Part shown: positions 53,405 to 64,000 of the stretch, piece after piece
Position numbering within the stretch: the first letter of the stretch is position 1
Layout of the letters: each line of letters begins with the position of its first letter
Assembly (NCBI GenBank): GCA_026023565.1
Contig: JAPETS010000056.1
Span: forward strand, 1 to 64,000
Source: Cirrosporium novae-zelandiae
Taxonomy: Eukaryota
Reading direction: 5' to 3'
DNA length: 64,000 nt
Notes under the pieces: generated by a model
The model's input: the letters and a program-made list of their open reading frames with translations, nothing else
Database searches by the model: none
Told to the model about the DNA's origin: nothing
Program-made: the position numbers and the translations under genes

Positions 53405-54003
53405 TGGATCGGAATCTTATAGAAGGGAGAGAGTCTGCCCTCTTATAAACGAGAGGCAATAAGTAAAAGCCAACATTCCATCCAATTCACCATCTTCATG
53501 AAGAATCGATAGAGAGATTGGAATTCCTAAGCGGAGATGTTTCGTTAGAGAGGTCAATGGTTAGAAGTTGCAGTTGAAGAAATCTGGCTCTGTAGTTGAG
53601 GGGTTAGGATAAAAGAATAATGATGAATTGAAGACTTAGTAATTATAATATTCTATACTTTTGATGAGTAGATATAAAAAGTGATCGGACGTTCGAGAAA
53701 TCTCGAAACAAAATCAAGGGTCTTATCAGCCGCTAGGTTTGTTTGCTTATCGAGCAATGACGCTAAGTACCTAGATACCTAATTGTACGATTTCCCCCCG
53801 GCCTTTGAACCTTTTCCTATCCTTTAAGAACCCCGCAAGTGGGTGCTTGTCCTAAGGTGGAGGACTTCTAAGTAGCAGACTGAGTAGCTACTTAAATACT
53901 TTCATCCTTTTAATATTTGAATTATTCTCTCTTCTCTAATTTCAATGGGATCTTTTAATTCAGCTCTCCATTGTTGCTGTTTACTGGAACCTCTCCTCTC
54001 ATC

Positions 54004-56601
54004 ATGATCGGTGGCAATGCAATCACCGACTCCCATTGTCCTCAAGATTTGGTACATTCCCCATCTTTGGACCACGCTGAGTTAGAATATGATGCTCGTA
54101 TTGCGGAGCTTAGGAGCAGGGAGTATCCCATGCTTTCGGGTGAAGTGTTTCCATCCCATGTTACTTTTTTTTACGTACGTACACTCACAGCTTGAACAGA
54201 AACAACTTATCTTGACCATGCCGGAAGTGCGCTATGTGCCAAGTCTCTTATGGACCGCTTCGGTGCTGAGATGATGAGCAATGTTTTTGGAAATCCACAC
54301 TCTGGTTCTGTCTCTTCGCAGCTGTCCACCCGCCGCGTCGAGGATATTCGACTGCGTGTCCTTCGCTTCTTTAATGCCGACCCAGATGACTTTGACGTTG
54401 TATTTGTTGCCAATGCTACAGCTGGGATAAAGCTAGTCCAGGAATGTATGAGAGATATTGATGATGGTTTCTGGTATGGACATCATGGAGATGCTCATAC
54501 TAGCATTATTGGTGTACGAGAAGTTGCTATTTGCGGGCATAGGTGCTTCGTGAAAGATTCGGATGTCGAAGATTGGCTGAACAATCCATATCAAGTCCTG
54601 GAGCAACATTCCATACAGGCTCCGGGGTTGTTCGCATATCCTGCGCAGTCTAATATGGATGGACGCCGGCTACCCTTGGACTGGTGTAGAAGACTCCGGA
54701 AATCTGCATCAAAAGATAGCCGGCAATTCTATTCTTTACTCGATGCGTCGGCACTAGTGTCCACTTCGCCATTAGACCTCGGGAAGGCTGAAGACGCCCC
54801 GGATTTTACGGTTCTCAGTTTCTATAAAATTTTTGGGTTCCCTGATCTTGGCGCGTTGATTGTACGGAATGCCTCTGGCCATGTTCTCACCCATAGGAAA
54901 TATTTCGGCGGCGGAACAGTTGATATGGTTGCCTGTAACGGATCATCGTGGTTTTCGAGGAAGAAAAACACCCTCCACGACCAGCTTGAAGATGGGTCAC
55001 TCCCATTCCATAATATTATAGCACTGGGCTGTGCAATTGATGTGCATAAAGAGCTCTTTGGGAGCATGAAACAAATTTCTGAACATACGCATTTTTTGGC
55101 TAGGCGGCTTTATGGACAACTGATATCGTTGCAACATGGAAACGGTCGACATGTCTGTGAGATTTATGATGACCCACTGGAGCGACAGAAACACCCTTGT
55201 AGTTATGGGGCAATACTTGCATTCAATCTTCGGGATAGTCAAGGGAGAGTAATTGGCAAAACGGAGATCGAAAAACTTTCCAATATCAGAAACATCCATG
55301 TTCGGACAGGAGGCCTTTGCAACCCAGGAGGTATACAAAATCATCTGAACTGGGACGGCGATGATATCAAGGCAAATTTTGATTCTGGTGTGCGGTGCGG
55401 TGATGAACATGACCTGGTGAGGGGCAAGCCAACTGGCGCTATTCGAGTTAGTCTTGGTGCGATGAGTACATTGCTGGATGTTACAACCTTTGTGGATTTT
55501 GTTCAAGAATTTTATGTCGAGTCCAAGGTCATTCCAGAAGAGGATGAGAATATCTCGAATAAGGCACGCTCTTTTTGCCCTGGGTTCCACATTGAGAGTA
55601 TTACGGTATATCCTATTAAGAGCTGTGGTGGATGGAAGATTCCACCTCGAGTACCTTGGGAAGTCAAACCTGAGGGATTGGCTTGGGACCGTGAATGGTC
55701 ACTTGTCCATCAAGGGACTGGTGTAGTGTTAAGTCAAAAGCGTTATCCGCGTATGGCCTTACTGCGACCAAGTGTTGATCTAGATTACAAGCTTCTTCGG
55801 GTTGTCTATCGAAATCCTGAAGGCTTATCGCACTCTATTGCAATACCTCTTGATAACGTCTCGGAGGAAAGGAACATTGGAGGCCTTTGCCAAATATCTT
55901 CAATCAAAAAATCAACAGTATGTGGAGATTCAATATTGGCCGAGGTCTACACACAGGATTATATTTCCCAGTTCTTCTCTGAAATTCTGGATGTGCCTTG
56001 CCTACTCGCAAGATTTCCTAGCGGAAACTCTGGGTCATCAGTCCGGCACTCAAAGGTTGATCTCCAACCTCACCAGCTACAGGCAAATCCATCTGAACGT
56101 ATGCCTGGATTATTTCCAGAACAAACTCCGAATCCGGAAAACCGGCCACTCCTCTTTTCGAATGAAAGCCCGATACTTTTGGTATCAAGGTCTAGCATTA
56201 ATAGCCTCAATGAGCACATTAAATCTAAAGGTGGGAAAGCTGCATCCGCAGAAGTTTTCAGGGCCAACATCGTGATAGCAGAGGATCCAACCAAGCCGCC
56301 TGGTGGAGAACAGCCATATGTTGAGGACGCTTGGCGCTTCCTCCAGATCGGTAACCAACATTTCCAGATGTTAGGATCTTGCAGACGTTGCAATATGATC
56401 TGTATCGACCAGAAAACGGCTGAAAGGAATGCCGAGCCTTTTGTAACGCTTGCAAAGACAAGACGCTTCAACAACAAAGTATACTTTGGAGAGCACATGG
56501 CTCTTCTATATGCTGATGAGAAAGACCCAGATCAAGAAAAACTAGAAATTTGTATAGGAGACCTGATAACCGCATTTCTTTCTAGTCCAACACAGCCTTG
56601 A
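54004..56601 (+). CDS. hxB: Molybdenum cofactor sulfurase (NifS-like domain plus MOSC)
   Basis: Exons 54004-54139 and 54200-56601. YLDHAG, GNPHS, PLP-lysine SFYKIFGFPDLG, RTGGLCNPG, YPIKSC, FRANIV, CRRC. Confidence 0.95.
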
Positions 56602-57095
56602 ATTCCGCATACATGGATACTTGGTAGAAAAGTTTATGGTTGATAGTGTAAAATTCTCAATATTGCGTTAGAGGTGAAGCTGAGTTTCATATCGCATTGG
56701 TTCACTGATACCTTCCTGCACTAGCTTGCCATAACTATCAATACTTGTGTTATTTACTTGCCTTGTGAATATTGGAAATCAAATTGGAAACTTGGCTTGC
56801 ATTGGGCAGGTTCCATTGGATACATAGGTAAGAAAGGGGACGGTGTGGACGAAAAAAAAATTGCATCAATATACTTGCATTGGATTTGGAGTAGGATATT
56901 TCCTTGCAATGGCACAGTATTTTTGGGGGGTTAAACGTTGGAAATGTAAATTAGGCTTGGTCGGTGCAATAGCTATGGGAATCAAACATGCAGAGTTTGA
57001 ACACATTCGCTAAAGGCTTGAGATATCATCTTATGTTCGACAATGGTAATTTGATACTGTACAAAGGAGCATGAAGTTCCAAGTTGGTTGGCCTA

Positions 57096-57693
57096 TTATT
57101 TTGGCCATTTCTTCCACCGACGCCCATGACCAGACTGGATTGTTCAAATTAGTCTTCCCCTCAGCCTTAAAAGTAGTAGGACAATAACATACTTCTCTCC
57201 ATTTCTGGATCAATTCCGGCATCTCCATCATAGCCTTTTTCCTCACCTCCAGCCTTGGTCTCATGGTCCTCTCCCACTTATGACCCTTGACTTTCTGTCC
57301 TTCACCCGTACCCTTGACCCTTAATCCGTACTCGGCTAGCCGTTGTTCCTTATAAGCCGTTGATTTCTTAGAGAATGGCATCAACGATTCGACGCCATAT
57401 TCCTCGGCTATCTTGCATAGTTGCCGTTGATGCCGGAGACCTATCCTTGGATCTAGCCAAAAACCGGTGATAGGATGTTTTGAGGGGAGAAAAGGGTTTG
57501 GTACGGAAGCAGCAGGTGTAGTGCTAATAGCTTTTGCAGCTGGGGCATCTGGATTGGAGGGAGGTGTTGCGGGGGGCGGAGCGGGCTTTGCGGAGGTAGG
57601 GAGGATGGATGGGGGTGGATATTTTGCGAAGAAGCGTTGAAGACGAGGAGGAAGAGTGCGAGCCAATTGGATGCACTCTGCTCGGGTAGCCAT
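57096..57693 (-). CDS. MRPL25: Mitochondrial large ribosomal subunit protein mL59
   Basis: Exon 1 from 57693 to about 57193, short intron, last exon SGHGRRWKKWPK*. LPPRLQRFFAKYPP, NPFLP, VKGHKWER. Confidence 0.88.
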
Positions 57694-58036
57694 ATTGGAT
57701 AGAGAGAGAGGAGAGAGGAGATATAATTCCAAAGATGCAAAGGCAATTAATCAAAGGGCAATCAAGCAATCAAGGCTGATTGATTACTTGTGCCTCGGTA
57801 GGGCTGAGGAAGAAAAAAAGTGGAACTAATATCACTGGCTTGGCTTCTTTAACATTAGTCGATCATTGCCCTTCACTCCGGCTCTCTCTCCCTCTCTCTC
57901 ATTCTCGACCGTATCTTTACACACATTTATTCTCACCACATCTTCTCACCCCCCCAACCATAATTTTCATTCCCAAATCCACCCACTATATCATATCCCG
58001 AATTTCTAATCAATTTCCAAAATACCTCGAGGTATT

Positions 58037-60753
58037 ATGGCGGACTTTAACTTCGTCGGAGGGAGTGATGAGGATGGTATGGCTGAGCTCAAGAAGCTCA
58101 ATGTTGAAGTGGTAAGTGATACAATACATGATCATGTCCACCTTTATGCGCCATCAGTCATGCATACACCCAGCAGTAAGACTATGGGAGCTACATAGTG
58201 GCGTTCTTGAGAGGACTCGACCGTAATGAAGCTGCTATTTGATTCTTGGAATTTCTGATTTTCATGGGATTGTCGCGATTGTCGCAATCCCCATGGCCGA
58301 AAAGGCTGAGCATGACGGTTATGCCTATTGGCTCAGACAATAGCTCTTATTCAATCAAAATATCTTGCTTAAACATTTCGTCTATGACCATTCCGCTAAC
58401 ATAAATAATAGCTTGAGGATACCGATAACTTTGACAACTGGGAAAAGCTTGTGCGGGCTGCCGAATCCCTTGAAGGTGGTTTAAATCGAAACTCCAGCCC
58501 ACAATCCATCACCGTTACGAGGCAAATCTACGACCGCTTTTTGGCAAAGTTCCCTTTGCTGTTCGGGTATTGGAAAAAATATGCAGACTTGGAATTCTCT
58601 ATTGCTGGGACTGAGGCTGCTGAAATGGTGCGTTAAAACCGATCTTATACTTGAGTCCACTTTGTATAAAGCTTTCTCCAACTACGACGAGCCGATGATA
58701 GTTTCCAACGTGGGTTTGGACTTGATAGCAGAGGGAAGGGCTATCAGGAACTTGGGAGGCTCGCTGAACCAGCTGAAGTTTGGCTATCATAAGAATGATT
58801 ACTAATACGATTATAGGTTTATGAACGAGGTGTGGCCAGCATCACCAACTCTGTCGACTTATGGACAAATTATTGCTCCTTCAAAGTCGAAACAAGTCAC
58901 GACCCAGACGTGATCAGAGAGTAAGTATTGAAATACTGTTTCCTTCCCCATAACAGTATTCCTCCAGCAGGAGCACATCGGCACAGTCCCAAAGAACGAG
59001 AGTAGTCCTTATAGATCAAGGTCGTTCACGGGTGAGAGTGGCACCAGAAAAAATTTCTCCCCTTCAGAATTTTGTCTCACCTCTAGCACTCAGGCACTTT
59101 CTTTTCCTTCATTCAATCACACAACACATGATACCGTTTCGAGATGATATTGTCTCTTCTACGCGAAACACCCCGACCGTAGTTGGATTTGCCGACGATT
59201 TTTGAAGATTCGATCACACCTGTCTGTCATGTTTGCTGTCCTCTCCACCCTTCCTGATCTCTAGCTTCCCCTTTCCTTTATATATATCTGTTATACTTAC
59301 TTGTCGAATTACCAGGTTATACGAAAGAGGCGCCGTTTCTGTTGGTCTTGACTTTCTGGCCCATCCTTTCTGGGATAAGTATCTTGAATTCGAGGAAAGA
59401 TTAGAGGCGTACGACAAGATTTTTGCTATACTAGATCGTATCGTTCATATACCAATGCATCAGTATGCCCGATATTTTGAGCGATTTCGACAACTGGCAC
59501 AATCCCGCCCCCTTGAAGAATTGATGCCTGCCGACATGCTAGGTCAATGGCGTTCGGAAATTCAGATGGAACCTGTAGCCCCTGCTCAACCCGGAATGCC
59601 CCCAATGAAGGCCGAGAAGAGCGAACCTGAAATTGAGCGGGAATTGAGGACTCGTATTGATAATTTCCACCTTGAGATCTTCTCTAGGACACAAACCGAG
59701 ACTACAAAGCGCTGGACTTATGAGTCGGAAATCAAGCGACCTTATTTCCACATTACAGAATTGGATGAAGCGCAAATGGTCAATTGGAGAAAGTACCTCG
59801 ATTTCGAGGAGATTGAAGGTGACTATACTAGGACTGCCTTTCTCTACGAAAGATGCCTAGTTACGTGCGCCCTGTATGATGAATTCTGGTTACGATATGC
59901 TCGATGGATGCTCGCACAAATAGGAAAAGAGGAAGAAGTTCGGAACATATATCAACGGGCTAGTACTGTATATGTCCCTATCTCTCGGCCGGCTGTTCGA
60001 CTACAATATGCATATTTCGAGGAAATGTCAGGAAGGGTTGATATCGCAAAAGAAATCCACAATGCTATTCTTGTTAACCTACCAGGACATATTGAGACAA
60101 TTGTATCTTTAGCAAATCTCTCCCGAAGGGATGGTGGTCTTGATGCAGCTATCGAGGTGTACAAAGCACAAATTGATTCTCCGTTATGCGACCTCTACGC
60201 CAAAGCTGCTTTGGTTGCAGAGTGGGCAAGATTGCTGTGGAAGGTCAAGGGTTCGGCTGAAGAAGCTCGCCAGGTATTCCAGAAACAGCAACACTGGTAT
60301 CTAGATAGCCGCCAGTTCTGGATCAACTATCTCACGTTCGAGCTTGAGCAGCCCACCAGTGCTGAACTTGAAGCCACCAACCATGCTAGAATTAAGCAAA
60401 TTGTCAATGACATCCGACAAAAGAGCCGACTTTCCCCCTTGATCATCAAAGATTTATGCCATTACTATATGGTTTATTTGCTCGAGCGTGGCCCTAAAGA
60501 TGCCGCCAAGGAATACATGGACTTGGATCGGGAAGTCAACGGGCCTTTCTCTGTGCAGAGTACTATGAAGACTAAGGTGGCCGAGGACGGAAAAGAGAGT
60601 AGCACAAACCGACGGTTGGTGTTAGAAAATGGCCACCCAGGTGTTGAGGTGGATGAAGCGGCGATTCGAAGGGGAGAAAATCCTTACACGAAATATTACC
60701 AACAACAAGGCGACCATCCTTTGGCAGCTAACGGGGTGAGTGCTTCTACATGA
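58037..60753 (+). CDS. PRP39: U1 snRNP HAT-repeat protein Prp39
   Basis: Exons 58037-58111, 58412-58627, 58817-58920, 59316-60753. FPLLFGYWKKYA, VGLDFLAHPFWDKY, IKRPYFH, LYERCLVTCALYDEFW. Confidence 0.94.
58688..58763 (+). ncRNA. Candidate structured intronic RNA element (multi-stem junction) in PRP39 intron 2
   Basis: Closing stem CGAGCC/GGCTCG, inner AGTT/AACT, hairpins TCCAA/TTGGA and TGATAGC/GCTATCA. Pairings were read by eye only. Confidence 0.4.
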
Positions 60754-61340
60754 GCATTCACCTAGGATTGGGTTGACAGTGTTTTTACAACCATAGCAAC
60801 CAATCCATTATCCATAATGTGTTGTTAGAGTATACAATCATGGTGTGGTGTGGGCTATATTCCCTTTTTTTATTTCTTTTTTGGCGATGGATGGTAAATG
60901 GCTGGGTAGCGATTGAGCTATTGTTGTATTCTACTTGGTAGAAAATAAGCCACAAATAGGGATCGAAGCCATTTGGTCGATTAAACATAATGACTTCTTC
61001 GGAAGGGTTTGATAGGAAATGAAAATGGTATGTTTTTATAAAGGTTCACGGTCAGTGTAGGAAGTAGATGGTGACATTGATGACATTACTTTCAATTGAA
61101 GAATGGAAGAGTTAAGAGTTGAATGTTGCGATGTCGGAGAGTCAAGGGAGCCATCATACGGTCCAGGGCCCAAGCTCCCCACCCTCACCTTTCTCCGCCT
61201 TTCAAAAAATACAAATATATTTCTGCCAGCTTGTAAGTCTGACTCTTAACTGAGATTTTGAACAAGTCGATAATTAGGAATACATCAATTGGATATTTTC
61301 TAAAAGCTTAAAAGCTTGGAAACTTGTCTCGTCCTTCATC

Positions 61341-62627
<1,287 letters not shown>

Positions 62628-63185
62628 AAGTTAGGGAAAGGGGAGAGGGGGGGTGAAATGTGAAATGTATATGTATATGTGTGTGGGAATCAGATCAGAC
62701 ATATGGACATATGGGGAACAACAACAACAACCACAACAACAACAATAACAAAAAAGGGGAAATAAAATAAAAGGGGATTAAATAAAAAACCGAAGGTACG
62801 GAATTACAGACTCTCTCTCGCTTGCTGTTTAGGTTTTTTATATATAAAGTTGCAAGCGCATATCTATCCCTCCTTTCAAACAGTACAGTACAGTACGGGT
62901 ATCAGTTCCCAGTTCCACGAAGTTCGTTTAGACTATAGTATTAGGAATGAACTAACGGTGTGTAGACCATGCCTGTTTATTTATGGTAGTTATGTTATTA
63001 TGTTCACCTAATTCTCATAATGAATAAATGAATGTACATGTACAGCTGAACTGAAAGCTCTGTGAGGCTAGCTATGGTAAGGCGTTTTATTCATACTTCG
63101 CCTCTCATCCCAACATGTCCCGACCCATCGCATGATTTATCTGATCCGCAGGACAAAAAAGAAAAAAGAAAGTTATAAACTATCA

Positions 63186-64000
63186 CTACCACCCCCCTTT
63201 CCCCCCGAACCCGCTCGACTCTTCAATCTTCTTCTGCCCACCACCCTTCTGCGGTTTCTGCTGCGCCGCTTCATGTTTCCTTAACTCTTCAGGAACTCTA
63301 GAAATGGACGACTTCATTAACATCTGCTTAAGATCGTACATGACGTCCACGTCTTCATTGCCCAAAAATGTAATAGCGACACCGCTTTTGCCCGCACGAC
63401 CTGTACGACCGATTCGGTGGGTGTAGCTTTCGATGTTGGTTGCCATGTTGAAGTTGACGACGAGACTGACATCCTGGACGTCGATACCACGGCCGGCGAG
63501 ATCGGTGGCGACAAGTACGTCGACAGTGCCGTTTCGGACGGATGCCAGGGCCGCCTCTCGCTGTTCCTGGGTCTTGCTTCCGTGCAGCGTGACTGAGTCG
63601 AAGCCCATGCGTTTGATTTCGCGAGCGATGGCGTCGCAGTTGCGTTTGATGTTGACGAAGACGATGATGGGCGGGTGGAATTCTTTTGATGAGAGGATTT
63701 CTTGTAGCCGCTTTTTGCGTTTGTCTTCTCCTGATACTAATTCTACCCGCTGCTCGACGGTTTCAACTGCTTCGCCTATGTTGCCGATGGTGACGATGGC
63801 GGGCCGTCGGAGGTATTTTCGTGCTATTCGTTCGACAGCCGCTGGCATAGTGGCTGTGTACATCATTGTTTGGCGGTAGCGGTCTTTGCCACCTAGAGGC
63901 TGGCTCATGGCTTTCCAGTCTTCTGCTTCCTCTGTGTCCGGTTTCTCATTGGCGACGGGGAGAGCATCGAGGATCTTGTTGACGGGTTCCTCGAAACCTA
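63186..64000 (-). CDS. PRP28: DEAD-box RNA helicase Prp28 (3' part; gene continues beyond the window)
   Basis: [53 protein letters not shown]. Confidence 0.9.
   Translation of the reverse strand, partial: GFEEPVNKILDALPVANEKPDTEEAEDWKAMSQPLGGKDRYRQTMMYTATMPAAVERIARKYLRRPAIVTIGNIGEAVETVEQRVELVSGEDKRKKRLQEILSSKEFHPPIIVFVNIKRNCDAIAREIKRMGFDSVTLHGSKTQEQREAALASVRNGTVDVLVATDLAGRGIDVQDVSLVVNFNMATNIESYTHRIGRTGRAGKSGVAITFLGNEDVDVMYDLKQMLMKSSISRVPEELRKHEAAQQKPQKGGGQKKIEESSGFGGKGGW

Noticed and set aside
58111..58182. Possible [D1,2] stwintron in PRP39 intron 1 (G|GTAAGT...CAG|TAAGAC)
   Set aside because: No credible internal branch point, and the product would be out of frame with exon 2.

Overview
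Gene-dense chromosomal segment of a filamentous ascomycete (Pezizomycotina, probably Eurotiomycetes-like). Evidence: short GT-AG introns with CTRAY branch points and Aspergillus-like proteins. About 20 intron-containing protein genes can be built by hand: GFA1, a GAF-HisKA-HATPase-REC hybrid histidine kinase, a DHA2-type MFS transporter, MDM31, a Bem3-like PH-RhoGAP, SVP26, BUD23, an M1 aminopeptidase (APE2), a PY-motif membrane protein, a disordered basic protein, an APD1-like 2Fe-2S protein, a Zn2Cys6 TF, a sugar porter, an IBR/RBR protein, a MARVEL-like protein, the Moco sulfurase hxB, MRPL25, PRP39, LYS12 and the 3' end of PRP28. No tRNA, rRNA or CRISPR was seen. The most unusual signal is in PRP39 (U1 snRNP). 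Its three introns are abnormally long and rich in stems, and intron 3 contains a candidate frameshifting poison exon plus a branch region identical to the U1 5' end that can pair with the intron's own 5' splice site. Together these suggest an RNA-structure-based autoregulatory splicing circuit. Other points: two otherwise intact transporter genes need non-canonical introns (AT-AG and GT-CG), the RBR ligase lacks its catalytic Cys, and there are possible LTR relics and a switch-like inverted repeat.
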